Positions 50,152 to 60,564 of a stretch of 64,000 bases of DNA are shown here, piece after piece. Each line of letters opens with the position of its first letter. Position 1 is the stretch's first letter. Source of the stretch: Nannocystis bainbridge (GTDB taxonomy: Bacteria > Myxococcota_A > Polyangia > Nannocystales > Nannocystaceae); contig NZ_JAQNDL010000003.1 in NCBI RefSeq assembly GCF_028368995.1, positions 2,528,001 through 2,592,000 on the forward strand, given 5' to 3'. The position numbers were made by a program, and so were the translations under genes. The notes under the pieces are model-generated. The model saw only the letters and a program-made list of their open reading frames with translations. It was not told the origin of the DNA and did no database searches.

Positions 50152-50234
50152 TCCGCGGTTAATCGACCCGGAAACACTGTTGCCGCTAATCCACTGGGCA
50201 GCGCGGACGATCGACCTCGTCCGCCCACGCCCAG

Positions 50235-53200
50235 ATGCTTGGTTGGCTCATCCATCAATCGATCCAGCTCCGTTTGTTGATGCTGGGTCTCCTGCTGACG
50301 CTCCTCGTGGGCGGCGGCCTCGCTGCGCGCAACCTCCCGATCGACGCGCTGCCCGACATCTCGACGATCCAGGTCAGCGTGCTGACCGAGGCGCCAGGCC
50401 TGTCGGCGCCGGAGGTCGAGCGCAACGTGACGTTCCCGATGGAGAACGCGCTCAACGGCGTGCCCGGGCTCGAGGAGCTGCGCTCCGTGTCCCGCGCCGA
50501 CCTCAGCGCGATCACGGTGGTGTTCCGCGACGGCACCGACCCGTGGTTCGCGCGCCAGCTGGTGTTCGAGCGCATGTTGCAGGCGCGCGGCGACCTGCCC
50601 GACGGCCTGCCGACGCCGCAGCTGGCGCCGCTGAGCACGGGCCTCGGCGAGATCTATCAGTTCGTGGTCCGCTCGCCGGTGCACTCGCGCAAGCAGCTGC
50701 GCACGCTGCTCGACTGGGAGATCGTGCCGCGCCTGCGCGGCGTGCCCGGCGTCATCGAGGTCAACACCCAGGGCGGCGAGCTCAAGCAGTACCAGGTGGT
50801 CGTCCAGCCCGACCGCCTGGCCGCCTACGGGCTGACCCTGCGCGAGCTCAGCGAGACGCTGTCGTCGGCCAGCGCGATCATCTCCGGCGGCTACATCGAC
50901 CGCACCGCCGAGTCCTTCACCCTGCGGGCCGTCGGCACCTACACCGGCGTCGAGGACCTCGAGAGCGTGGTCCTCAAGGTCGCGCCCGACGGCACGGCGA
51001 TCCTCGTCAAGCACGTCGCCAACGTCCGCGACGGCGCCGCCCTGCGCCACGGCATCGTCACCTACATGGGCGAGGACGAGGCCGTCGCCGGCGTCATCAT
51101 GATGCTGCTCGGCTCGAACAGCCGCGACGTCATCTACGCCGTCAAGGACCGGGTCGCCGAGATCCAGTCCGAGCTGCCGGCCGGCGTCGTCATCGAGGCC
51201 GTCTACGACCGCGCCGAGTTCGTCGAGCGCACCCTCTCGACGGTGGTGAAGAACATCCTCGAGGGCGCCGCGGTGGTGTTCCTCGTCCTCATCGTCCTGC
51301 TCGGCAGCGTCCGCGGCGCGCTCGTGTGCGTGCTCGGCATCCCGGCCTCGATGTCGGTGGCGCTGTTCGGCATGCACTGGGCCGGCGTCGCCGGCGACCT
51401 CATGTCGCTCGGCGCCATCGACTTCGGCTTCCTCGTCGACGGCCCGATCGTCCTGCTCGAGGCGCTGATCGCCACCTTCGCCGGCCAGCAGCTGACCAAC
51501 CGCGAGCGCGCCGACGCCTACGCCGCCTCGCTGTCCCGCGTGGTCCGCCCGGTCGCCTTCGCGGTGGCGATCATCATGCTGGTGTACATCCCGCTGCTCA
51601 GCCTCGAGGGCGTCGAGGGCCGGCTGTTCAAGCCGATGGCCACCACCATGGCGTTCGCGCTGTTCGGCGCGCTGGTCTACTCGGTGGCGTTCCTGCCGGC
51701 CTTGCTGGTGCTGTTCGTCCCGCCGGCCAAGCACGGCACCAGCGGCTGGCTGCGCGTCCTCACCCGCGGCTACGAGCGCGCCCTGCCGTGGGCGATGACG
51801 ATGCGCTGGCCGCTGCTGATCGGCGCCGCCATCGTCCTCTTCATCACCGGCGGCATCTTCGCCGGCAAGGGCGCCGACTTCGTCCCGCGCATCGACGAGG
51901 GCGACATGGTGGTCAGCCTGCGCCGCCCGCCCTCGATCAACCTCACCGAGGCCAAGCGGCTCGACCTCGAGGTGCAGAAGATCCTGCTCGGCTTCCCCGA
52001 GGTCGACGGCACGCTCGCGTTCACCGGCCGCGCCGAGGTCGCCATCGACCCCGCCGGCAAGGACAAGACCGACATCGTCGTCCCGCTCAAGCCCAAGGAC
52101 GGCTGGACCACCGCGCACGACCTCGACTCGCTCAGCGTCGTGTTCAAGGACGCGATCGAGTCGCGGGTCCCGAGCACCTTCGTCTCGATCTCGCAGCCGA
52201 TCGAGGACCGCAACAACGAGATCATCTCCGGCTCGCGCGCCGACATCCAGATCATGGTCCTGGGGCCCGACCTGCTCGAGCTCAAGCGCATCGCCGACTC
52301 GATCGCCGCCGCCGTCCGCCCGATCGACGGCACCGGCGACCTCCGCGTCGAGCAGGTGCTCGGCATGCCCGAGCTGACCGTCAAGCCCGACCGCGCCCGC
52401 CTGGCCCGCTACGGCGTCGCCCTCAAGGACGCCCTGCTCGCGGTCGAGGCCGCCCGCGTCGGCCTGCCGATCGGCCTGGTCTACGAGGGCCAGCGCCGGT
52501 TCGACGCCCGCCTGCTGGTGCCGCCGCGCGAGCCCCGGCCCGAGGCGCTCGGCGACCTGTTCGTCGAGACCGTCGACGGTCACCGCGTGCCGCTGTCCGA
52601 GGTCGCGACCATCGAGGAGACCGAGGGCCCGGCGCAGATCCGCCGCCAGGACCGCATCCGTGTCGTGCGCGTCGAGGTCAACTTGCGCGGCCGCGACCTG
52701 GTCTCCTGGGTCGGCGACGCCATGGCCGCCGTCGAGCAGAACGTGCCGCTGACCCCGCCCTACAAGGTCACCTGGAGCGGCCAGTTCGAGAACTTCCAGC
52801 GCGCCAGCCAGCGCCTCGCCGTGGTCGTGCCGATCTGCCTGACCCTGATCTTCGGCATGCTGCTCTGGAACTTCCGCGACGTCCGCTACGCAGCCGCCGT
52901 GTTCGCCCTGGTCCCGTTCGCCCTCATCGGCGGGCTCGCCGGGCTCATCCTCCGTGACATGTCGTTCAGCATCCCCGCCGCCGTCGGCTTCATCGCCCTC
53001 GCCGGCGTCGCCGTCCTCAACGGCGTCGTCCTCGCCTCCGAGGTCCGCACCGCGCTCGACGAAGGCCACCGCTTCGACGAGGCGCTGATCAAGGGCTCCT
53101 CGCACACCATGCGGGCCGTCCTCACCACCGGCGCCGTCGCAGCGCTGGGCTTCCTGCCGATGGCCCTCGCCACCGGCGCCGGCTCCGAAGTGCAGCGGCC

Positions 53201-53327
53201 GCTTGCGACGACTGTCGTGTTCGGTATCGGCGCCTCCACCATCCTCACCCTCTTCCTCCTCCCTGCCCTGCTGAGGCTGGTGCTTCGCCGCGAGCGCCGG
53301 GCCAGCGAGAACGTGACGGATCTGTAA
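50235..53327 (+). CDS. czcA: CusA/CzcA heavy-metal efflux RND permease
   Basis: PIDALPD; TGLGEIY; MSLGAIDFG; EGRLFKPMA; GSEVQRPLA. Confidence 0.9.
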   Translation: MLGWLIHQSIQLRLLMLGLLLTLLVGGGLAARNLPIDALPDISTIQVSVLTEAPGLSAPEVERNVTFPMENALNGVPGLEELRSVSRADLSAITVVFRDGTDPWFARQLVFERMLQARGDLPDGLPTPQLAPLSTGLGEIYQFVVRSPVHSRKQLRTLLDWEIVPRLRGVPGVIEVNTQGGELKQYQVVVQPDRLAAYGLTLRELSETLSSASAIISGGYIDRTAESFTLRAVGTYTGVEDLESVVLKVAPDGTAILVKHVANVRDGAALRHGIVTYMGEDEAVAGVIMMLLGSNSRDVIYAVKDRVAEIQSELPAGVVIEAVYDRAEFVERTLSTVVKNILEGAAVVFLVLIVLLGSVRGALVCVLGIPASMSVALFGMHWAGVAGDLMSLGAIDFGFLVDGPIVLLEALIATFAGQQLTNRERADAYAASLSRVVRPVAFAVAIIMLVYIPLLSLEGVEGRLFKPMATTMAFALFGALVYSVAFLPALLVLFVPPAKHGTSGWLRVLTRGYERALPWAMTMRWPLLIGAAIVLFITGGIFAGKGADFVPRIDEGDMVVSLRRPPSINLTEAKRLDLEVQKILLGFPEVDGTLAFTGRAEVAIDPAGKDKTDIVVPLKPKDGWTTAHDLDSLSVVFKDAIESRVPSTFVSISQPIEDRNNEIISGSRADIQIMVLGPDLLELKRIADSIAAAVRPIDGTGDLRVEQVLGMPELTVKPDRARLARYGVALKDALLAVEAARVGLPIGLVYEGQRRFDARLLVPPREPRPEALGDLFVETVDGHRVPLSEVATIEETEGPAQIRRQDRIRVVRVEVNLRGRDLVSWVGDAMAAVEQNVPLTPPYKVTWSGQFENFQRASQRLAVVVPICLTLIFGMLLWNFRDVRYAAAVFALVPFALIGGLAGLILRDMSFSIPAAVGFIALAGVAVLNGVVLASEVRTALDEGHRFDEALIKGSSHTMRAVLTTGAVAALGFLPMALATGAGSEVQRPLATTVVFGIGASTILTLFLLPALLRLVLRRERRASENVTDL

Positions 53328-53365
53328 TGTCCGAACAAAAAGCCGCCGTGTATGCTTCCAGACCC

Positions 53366-54031
53366 ATGAAGGCGCTGATCGTCGAGGATGACGTCAAGGT
53401 CGCGCTCTTCATCGCCCGCGTCCTCACGGAGGAGGGATGGGTCACCGACCAGTGCACCCACGGCGCCGACGCCGTGCGCCAGGCGCGGTCTGTCGAGTAC
53501 GACATCATTCTGCTCGACTGGATGTTGCCGGACATCGACGGCCTCGCCGTGTGCCGCGAGCTGCGGCGGGCCGGCTCGGTCGCGCCGATCATCATGTTGA
53601 CCGCGCGCGGCGAGGTCTCCGAGCGCGTGCTCGGGCTCGAGGCCGGCGCCGACGACTACGTCGTCAAGCCGTTCGAGATCGACGAGCTGCTGGCCCGCGT
53701 CAGCGCGCTGCTGCGGCGGACCCAGGGCTTCGGCCGCTTGCAGGTCGGCGGCCTCGAGATCGATCGCCTGCGCCGCGTCGTCACCCTCGAGAACAAGCCG
53801 GTCGATCTCACCGGCCGCGAGTACGCGCTGCTGCTGTGCCTGGCCAGCCAGGAGGGCCGCGTCGTCGCTCGTTCGGAGTTGCTGACCCAGGTCTGGGCGA
53901 CGCACTTCGACCCCGGCTCCAACCTCATCGACGTCCAGATCAGCCGCCTGCGCGACAAGCTCGGCGACTACGCGTGGATGATCGACACCGTGCGTGGCAA
54001 GGGCTACCGTCTCCGGCGCGACCCGCCATGA
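53366..54031 (+). CDS. OmpR-family response regulator (CzcR/CusR-like)
   Basis: VEDD; LDWMLP; GADDYVVKPF; SNLIDV; TVRGKGY. Confidence 0.92.
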   Translation: MKALIVEDDVKVALFIARVLTEEGWVTDQCTHGADAVRQARSVEYDIILLDWMLPDIDGLAVCRELRRAGSVAPIIMLTARGEVSERVLGLEAGADDYVVKPFEIDELLARVSALLRRTQGFGRLQVGGLEIDRLRRVVTLENKPVDLTGREYALLLCLASQEGRVVARSELLTQVWATHFDPGSNLIDVQISRLRDKLGDYAWMIDTVRGKGYRLRRDPP

Positions 54032-55413
54032 GCCTCCGCGTCCGCTACGTCGTCGCGACCTCGGCCATCACCCTGGTCACGCTCGGCGCCGCGTCGATCG
54101 CCGTCACCCTCGCCGTCAACGCCAGCCAGGAGAAGCAGCTCGACCTCGCCCTCATCCGTGAGGCCCGCGAGGAGGCCGCCGAGGCCGACAAGCTCGGCGG
54201 CGACGAGCTCGCCATCTCCAACCGTCCGGGCCCGTTCGCCAACGACGTCGGGCCGCTCACCAAGTACGCCGTGATCTACGGCTCCGGCGACCGCGTGATC
54301 GCCCAGACCCTGTCGTGGCAGCGCGACCCGCCGCCGCTGTCCGAGCTGCCGCCGCCCGACGGCAACTGCTTCGACCTGTGGTCGGCCCACGAGCACCTGC
54401 GGGCCGTGCACGTCGACATGCCCTCGCACGACGGCATCTCGCTGCTGCTCGCCGCCCCGCGCGCCGACCTCGACGGCGACGCCCGCTTCCTCGAGCGCGC
54501 CATGGCCACCGGCTTCGCCGTCGCCCTGGTGTGGACCGTGCTCGTCGCCCTCGCCGTCGTCCACCGCCTCACCCGCGACCACCGCACGATCGCCGAGGTC
54601 GCCCGCCGCGTCGCCGCCGGCGACCTCGCCGCCCGCATCGACCTCCGCCACGGCGACCGCGAGATCGTCCAGCTGGCCCGCGACATCGACGCGATGATCG
54701 AGCGCCTCGGCCTGCTGCTCGGCCTCCAGCGCCGCTTCGTCGCCAACGCCGCCCACGAGCTGCGCTCGCCGCTGACCACCCTCTACGGCGAGCTGTCGCA
54801 CGCGCTCCGCCGCTCGCGCGACGCCAGCGAGTACGAGCGGGCCATCCGCGAGGCGCTCGAGAGCACCTCGCGTCTGCGCCGCCTGACCGAGGACCTGCTG
54901 GCCGTCGCGCGCATGGGCGCCGCCGGCGACGAGGCCGGCGAGCCGGTCGACATCGGCGAGCTCGGGCACGAGGCGATCGGCCTCGTCCGCCACGAGAGCG
55001 ACGCCAAGGGCGTCAAGATCGAGTGGGACGGCCCGGGCGCCGACGTCGTCGGCCGCGCCCACGACCTCGTGCGGCTGCTCCGCAACCTGCTCGAGAACGC
55101 GGTCCGCCACACGCCCGCCGGCGGCACGGTGCGCGTCCACTGCCGGCCCGGCCCGGCCCGCGTCGAGCTGAGCGTGCGCGACGAGGGCCCCGGCGTCCCG
55201 CCCGCCGAGCGCGAGCAGATCTTCGAAGCCTTTTATCGAGGCACCCGCGAGCGCGGCGCCAACGACGGCGGCACCGGCCTCGGCCTCACCATCGCCCGCG
55301 AGATCGCCCACGCCTACGGCGGCGAGGTCGTCGTCGCCGCCGAAGAAGGCCCCGGCGCCGTGTTCGCCGTCACCCTCAAGCGCGCCCCCGACGACGCCTC
55401 CGCCAAGGCGTAG
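54028..55413 (+). CDS. HAMP sensor histidine kinase
   Basis: ATGA overlap with the regulator; 2 TMs; HELRSPL; NLLENA; DEGPG; GTGLGL. Confidence 0.9.
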   Translation: MSLRVRYVVATSAITLVTLGAASIAVTLAVNASQEKQLDLALIREAREEAAEADKLGGDELAISNRPGPFANDVGPLTKYAVIYGSGDRVIAQTLSWQRDPPPLSELPPPDGNCFDLWSAHEHLRAVHVDMPSHDGISLLLAAPRADLDGDARFLERAMATGFAVALVWTVLVALAVVHRLTRDHRTIAEVARRVAAGDLAARIDLRHGDREIVQLARDIDAMIERLGLLLGLQRRFVANAAHELRSPLTTLYGELSHALRRSRDASEYERAIREALESTSRLRRLTEDLLAVARMGAAGDEAGEPVDIGELGHEAIGLVRHESDAKGVKIEWDGPGADVVGRAHDLVRLLRNLLENAVRHTPAGGTVRVHCRPGPARVELSVRDEGPGVPPAEREQIFEAFYRGTRERGANDGGTGLGLTIAREIAHAYGGEVVVAAEEGPGAVFAVTLKRAPDDASAKA

Positions 55414-55431
55414 CGGCCCGCCTCGCAAGCA

Positions 55432-55529
55432 TGTCCTCCAGGGCATGCCTCAAAGACAATGCCCCGAAGGACATGGCTTCTCGGTCATGTCCTTTCGAGC
55501 ATGCCCGAGAGACCATGTCCTCTCGCGCT
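55432..55529. repeat. Seven tandem 14-bp motif units
   Basis: TGTCCTCCAGGGCA/TGCCTCAAAGACAA/TGCCCCGAAGGACA/TGGCTTCTCGGTCA/TGTCCTTTCGAGCA/TGCCCGAGAGACCA/TGTCCTCTCGCGCT. Confidence 0.8.
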
Positions 55530-55569
55530 GGCACGCGATCCATGTCTCTTGCGGCCGCGACGCCGCCTC

Positions 55570-56001
55570 TCACCGCCGGTTCGCCAGCAGCCCGCCCCAC
55601 CAGGCTGTCGGGAACGCCGTGGCGACGACCGCGAGCGCGTACCACTTCGGCCCGAACTCCGGCCCCGCGCCCCAGGTGGCGATCGCCCCGAGCGCGCTCA
55701 GCACCAGCCCGATCGTCGCCAGCACCGCCACGTGGCGCATCGGCCGGCGCCGGGCCAGCCGCCCGGTCACGAAGCCGCCCGCCACCCCGAAGCCCACCCG
55801 GTAGGCCAGCGCCAGCAGGAACAGCCCGTCGGCCATCGGCTGACCCAGCGGCGGAAAGACCCCGCTCGCGTGCATGAAGGCGTCGGTCGCCACCGACAGC
55901 ACCACCGTCGTCACCAGGCCCGCCAGCACCGGCCCGACCCGCCACAGCGCCCTCGCCAGCGGGCTCGAGTTCTCGTCGGGCGACATTTCAGGGTCTCTCA
56001 T
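55570..56001 (-). CDS. Small 4-TM membrane protein
   Basis: GAGGAG RBS; four hydrophobic segments; GP.WY motif. Confidence 0.7.
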   Translation of the reverse strand: MRDPEMSPDENSSPLARALWRVGPVLAGLVTTVVLSVATDAFMHASGVFPPLGQPMADGLFLLALAYRVGFGVAGGFVTGRLARRRPMRHVAVLATIGLVLSALGAIATWGAGPEFGPKWYALAVVATAFPTAWWGGLLANRR

Positions 56002-56112
56002 GGCCGTTCTCCTCGTCCTCACCCTCCACGTCGAAGCCGAACCCGCCGGTTCGACATCACCCCGAAGATTTTTTCGCGCCCCTCGCGCAAACCTCGATCT
56101 ACCGGTCCGCAG

Positions 56113-57186
56113 TCACGCCGCGCGCGGTCGCAGCAGCCGGCTGAACCCGTGGGCCAGCACGATCGCCGTGAACTTGAAATTGCGCAGCAGCAGGGCTGGC
56201 CACGAGATCGGCAGCGGCCCCTCGTCGCTGCGGGCCGGTCGCTGGCTGAAGCAGCGGGCCAGGCGGTCGCCGAGCCGGGTGATCCACGCCACCGAGCGCG
56301 GCGCCTCGTGGATGCCCGCCAGCCAGCGCGGCGGGATCGTCCGCGGCCCGCTCGCCGCCCCCGCCAGCCCGCCGGTGATCGCCGCCACCGTATCGGTGTC
56401 GCCGCCGAGGCGCACCGCCAGTTCGACCGCCGCGCCGACGTCCCGCGGCGCGCTCGCCCAGCAATACAGCGCCACCGGCACGGTGTGGTGGATATATCCC
56501 GACACCCCCGTGACCTGTCCCAAAGCGCAGGCGAATGTCTCTGCTGGATCTCCGCGCCGCAGGTGCTCCGCCGCCAGCGTCAGCGCCGCCGTCAGCTCGC
56601 GATCGTCCGCCGCCTCCGCCAGCGCTGCCAGCAGGCCCGCCGGGTCGTCCGCCGCCTCGTCGTACACGATCGCCGCTGCCGCCCGCGCCACCGCCAGCGC
56701 CCCGGCCAGCGCCCGCGGATCGCTATGGGTCATGCGCGTCGAGCGAGCCACGAACGTCGCCAGCCGCACCGGATCGTCGCCCACGCACACCCCGAGGATC
56801 GCCGCTCGCATCGCCGGCCCGTTGCCCGCCGACTCGACCCCGCTGCGCTCCGGCGACCAGCCGAGCCACAGCCGCACCAGCGCCCGCAGCGTGCCCCAGC
56901 CGATGCTCGCGGGCAGCCCGAGCAGCCACCCACGCAGCCGCCACGCCAGCGAGCGGGCGAACGCGCGCGAGTCGTCGGGCGCCGTCAGCAGCGCCTGCCC
57001 CGTCATGCACGCGTGCTCCGTGTCGTCGCTGATCATCCCGCGCGCGCCGATCAGCGCGTGCTGCAGCGGCGCCGCGCCGACCGCCGCGCCGATGCGCGCC
57101 CGCGTCAATCCTTCCCACGGCAGGCCGATCGCGTCCCCCACCGCGCCCCCCAGCAGACAGCCCACGATCGCGTCTCTCAACTCCAT
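56113..57186 (-). CDS. ADP-ribosylglycohydrolase (DraG/ARH family)
   Basis: GDAIG; SDDTE; GNGPAMR; TH; GGDTDT. Confidence 0.9.
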   Translation of the reverse strand: MELRDAIVGCLLGGAVGDAIGLPWEGLTRARIGAAVGAAPLQHALIGARGMISDDTEHACMTGQALLTAPDDSRAFARSLAWRLRGWLLGLPASIGWGTLRALVRLWLGWSPERSGVESAGNGPAMRAAILGVCVGDDPVRLATFVARSTRMTHSDPRALAGALAVARAAAAIVYDEAADDPAGLLAALAEAADDRELTAALTLAAEHLRRGDPAETFACALGQVTGVSGYIHHTVPVALYCWASAPRDVGAAVELAVRLGGDTDTVAAITGGLAGAASGPRTIPPRWLAGIHEAPRSVAWITRLGDRLARCFSQRPARSDEGPLPISWPALLLRNFKFTAIVLAHGFSRLLRPRAA

Positions 57187-57691
57187 GCGCACCTCCGGCC
57201 CGCCTCACAGCAAGCCGCGCGCCAAACCATCGCGCAGACAGGAAGTCACCGCCGCCTCGCGGTCCCTCGCCGAAGCTTGCCATCGTGGCGCGACGCTCCT
57301 CCGCCTCCGTCATGAAGCATCGGCGTCGGCTCGCTGGCAGCGCCGGGGCTGTGGCTGATGCCTCGGCTTCGCCTCCGACGCGCCCGCACGACCTCTTCGT
57401 GCGCCTCGCCGTGGCCCGCTGCGGCCGCCTCGTGCTCGCTCGACGCGTCACCCGAGCCCTCGCGCCCGCTGACAATTCGTCGCGCAGGCCCGCCTGACAA
57501 ATCGTCGACCTCGACGCCGCGACCCGGCCCAACCTGTCAGCACCCCGCGACATCGCGCCGTCGGCTCCAGTCATCACCACCGCGATGTCCTTCGTCGCCC
57601 GCGCGCGCGAACGGCCGCGCTCCCGCGCCCGGCCTCGGATTGCGTCCCTGGGCTCGCGCGGGCATCCTCGCGGCTTCAGGAGCGGTTTCCG

Positions 57692-58621
57692 ATGATCGAC
57701 ATCGTATGGGACATGGAGACCGGCGACCCCGACGACTTTCTCACCCTGCTGCTGCTGCTCGGCCACCCGCAGGTCAACCTCAAGGCCGTCACCGTCACGC
57801 CCGGCACCCCCGATCAGGTCGGCGTCGTCCGTCGCGCCCTCGAGTGGTTCGGCCGCGACATCCCGGTCGGCGCGCACGACCTCGATCATCAGCCGCGCTC
57901 GGTCCGCGAGGGCAACGGCCCCGGCGACGGCCGTCACGGCGCGCGCGGCGTGTGCGTGTCTTCGTGGCACTACAAGGCCTACGGCGACATCCCGCCCTCG
58001 CGCGACGCGGCCCCCGGCGGCGAGGTCTTGCACGCCCACTGCGACGAGTCGACCACCCTCGTCACCGGCGCGCCGCTCAAGAACCTCGGCGCCGCCATGC
58101 GCCTGCCGAACTTTCGCGTCGGCCGCCTCGTCGTCCAGGGCGGCTTCGCCGGCGAGGGCGTGGTCCCGCCCGAGCGCCAGCTCGAGAAGTTCCGCGGCCT
58201 CGTCACCTGCCCGACCTACAACCTCAACGGCGACCCGCGCTCGGCCGAGGCCGCGCTCGTGCACCCTGGCATCGGCGTGCGCCGCTTCGTCGCCAAGAAC
58301 GTGTGCCACGGCGTCTACTACGACGCCGACATGCACGCCGCCGTGACCGCCGTCAAGCACCGCAGCATCTCGCTGCAGCGCATCTGGCAGGGCATGGAGG
58401 TCTACCTCGACAAATCGCCCGCAGGTAAAAAGTTCCACGACCCGCTCGCCGCCTGCTGCGCGATCGACGAGGCGATCGGCGAGTGGGCCGAGGTCGAGCT
58501 CTACCGCGCCCGCGGCGGCTGGGGCTCGCGCCTGAGCCCGGGCTCGAACACGTGGATCATCACCGGCCACGACCACGCCCGCTTCGTCCGCACCCTGCTG
58601 GCCACCGAGCCACCTGTCTGA
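57692..58621 (+). CDS. Nucleoside hydrolase (IU-NH family)
   Basis: DMETGDPDD; PLKN; YN..DP; FHDPLA. Confidence 0.82.
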   Translation: MIDIVWDMETGDPDDFLTLLLLLGHPQVNLKAVTVTPGTPDQVGVVRRALEWFGRDIPVGAHDLDHQPRSVREGNGPGDGRHGARGVCVSSWHYKAYGDIPPSRDAAPGGEVLHAHCDESTTLVTGAPLKNLGAAMRLPNFRVGRLVVQGGFAGEGVVPPERQLEKFRGLVTCPTYNLNGDPRSAEAALVHPGIGVRRFVAKNVCHGVYYDADMHAAVTAVKHRSISLQRIWQGMEVYLDKSPAGKKFHDPLAACCAIDEAIGEWAEVELYRARGGWGSRLSPGSNTWIITGHDHARFVRTLLATEPPV

Positions 58622-58742
58622 AGGGCCAGGCTCGAAGCGGCACCGCGCGCCTCTCCCCTGTCCTCATGGACATGTCTGCTCGCCACCGGCTCACGGGCAT
58701 CGAGGTCCGCGACCGCCTCGCGCGCGTGGCCTCACGCCCCTC

Positions 58743-59633
58743 GTGATCCCCGCCGCGCCTGGCGTGCTACAACCCAAGCGCGTGGAGGTCGAGCGCACCC
58801 GACACGGGCCCTTCGAGCGGCTGTCCTTCGCCTTCGCCACTGCGACGGGTCGCAGCCAGCACTCCGTCTATCGCCTCGGTGACACCTTGATCGACGCTGG
58901 CGGCACCGTCGCCACCAAGGAGCTGCTCGCCCTCCTGCGCGATCGGCCCCCGCGGCGGATCGTCTGCACCCATCAGCACGAGGATCACGTCGGCAACATC
59001 GCCGCCATCCGGCGCGCCTTCGGCGACCTGCCCGTGTTCGTCCCCCGGCATCACGTCCCGATCGTCACCACCACGGCGCGGATCCCCGAATATCGCGCCC
59101 TGTTCTGGGGCCACCCCGAGCCCAGCGGCCCCGTCGAGCCCTACGACCCCGGGGCTGTCTTCGAGGACAGCTCCGTCGCCCTCGAGGCCGTGCTCACCCC
59201 TGGCCACACTCCCCATCACATCACCTTCGTCGCCCGCGACGGCGCCACCACCTACGCCCTCACCGCCGACCTCTACACCTCGCGTCCGCTCGAGGGATGG
59301 TTCGAGTCGGCCGCCGACGACATGATCGCCTCGCTGCGCCGCATCGCCGCCCGGACCCCGGACCTGGTCGTGCTGCCGAGCCACGGCCGGATCAAGCCCG
59401 ACGGCGCACGTGTCCTTTCAGACATGTCCGTCTGGATCGAGCGCGAGGCGACGCGGATCCACCTCGCCGCCGAGCGCCTCGGCACCCGCGACCCGCGGGC
59501 CATCGCCGCCGCCGTCTACGCCGACCTCGGCCCCGACCTCGCCGACCTCGGCTCCGGCGGCGAGATCAGCCGCGCCGGCTTCGTCCGCTCGATCCTCAGC
59601 CCCAACCGCGGCCTGCCCGTCGACCCCCCGTGA
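58743..59633 (+). CDS. MBL-fold metallo-hydrolase
   Basis: LIDAG; THQHEDHVG; TPGHT; PSHG. Confidence 0.85.
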   Translation: MIPAAPGVLQPKRVEVERTRHGPFERLSFAFATATGRSQHSVYRLGDTLIDAGGTVATKELLALLRDRPPRRIVCTHQHEDHVGNIAAIRRAFGDLPVFVPRHHVPIVTTTARIPEYRALFWGHPEPSGPVEPYDPGAVFEDSSVALEAVLTPGHTPHHITFVARDGATTYALTADLYTSRPLEGWFESAADDMIASLRRIAARTPDLVVLPSHGRIKPDGARVLSDMSVWIEREATRIHLAAERLGTRDPRAIAAAVYADLGPDLADLGSGGEISRAGFVRSILSPNRGLPVDPP

Positions 59634-59639
59634 GCCGCG

Positions 59640-60473
59640 TCATTGCGGCCGCGGATCGCGGATCGAAAGGATCTTGATCCGGTCTTCCTCCTGCATCAGC
59701 TCGATCTTCATCAGCCGCACCGACCGCTCGCAGTTCAGGTGGATCAGCGTGCCGCGCACGCTGACGAGGTCGGGCTCGCCGAGCGAGCAATCGCCGTGCT
59801 TCGACCGCACGTCGAGCAGGAACCGGCGGATCTTCTCCTCCTCGAACTTCTCGCTGAAGCTGCGGCGAAACAGCGCCGGGTCCCACTGGTCGTACAGCCG
59901 CATCACCGCCTCGGCGGCCGCGCGCACCGGCTCCGCGAGCGCGACGCCCCGCGCGGCCATCATGATGCGGGCGATCTTGCCGGTCTCCGGCGACAGCGAG
60001 AACTGCACCTCGAGCTGCCCGTGCTCGCACTCGTGGCGGTACCGCACCGCCTCGTCCTTCACCATCATCGGTTCGCCGGCGCCGCACTCGCCCACGCGCG
60101 CCCGCAGCCACTGCACCCACTCCTCGAGCCCGACCGAAGGCTTCTCATACAGACCCGCCGCCGCCTCGAGATCGAACGTGTTGAACAGCGCGATCACCTG
60201 CGACGCCGCCTGCGCCTGCTCGTGGCTCGGCGGCCGCGGCACCCGCCAAAGCAGCTCGACGAGCCCCTCGGTGAACCCCGCCAGCCGCTGATTCTTTGAT
60301 GCGGGGGACGCCTCCTCGATGACGGAGCTGCTCCCCGTCTGCGAATCGCCCTCCGCTCGCGGCCCCGCCCCCTCGGTCGTCGAGCCGTCGGCGGTCGACG
60401 GCGATCCACCTGCGAAGAACACCAGGCCGATCGCAACGATCAGCGACGCCAGCAAGATCAGTCGTAAGCGCAT
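59640..60473 (-). CDS. Exported hypothetical protein with an internally duplicated domain
   Basis: N-terminal hydrophobic segment; LRARVGEC...ECEHG is echoed by VRSKHGDC...NCERS. Confidence 0.6.
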   Translation of the reverse strand: MRLRLILLASLIVAIGLVFFAGGSPSTADGSTTEGAGPRAEGDSQTGSSSVIEEASPASKNQRLAGFTEGLVELLWRVPRPPSHEQAQAASQVIALFNTFDLEAAAGLYEKPSVGLEEWVQWLRARVGECGAGEPMMVKDEAVRYRHECEHGQLEVQFSLSPETGKIARIMMAARGVALAEPVRAAAEAVMRLYDQWDPALFRRSFSEKFEEEKIRRFLLDVRSKHGDCSLGEPDLVSVRGTLIHLNCERSVRLMKIELMQEEDRIKILSIRDPRPQ

Positions 60474-60564
60474 ATCCGCCAGCATAACCGAGCGCCGTCG
60501 AACGCGCGCGAGGCGGATCCATCGATCCATGTTCCTGCCCCTTTAGGACAGGATGACCCCGACC

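Noticed and set aside
49941-53105. Long antisense or alternate-frame ORFs (also 5509-8361, 15964-18651, 33196-35673 and others)
   Set aside because: Shadow ORFs expected from high GC3; the opposite frames carry clear family motifs
48248-55529. 14-bp arrays as CRISPR
   Set aside because: Units are too short and degenerate, spacers are only 4 nt, and no cas genes are present
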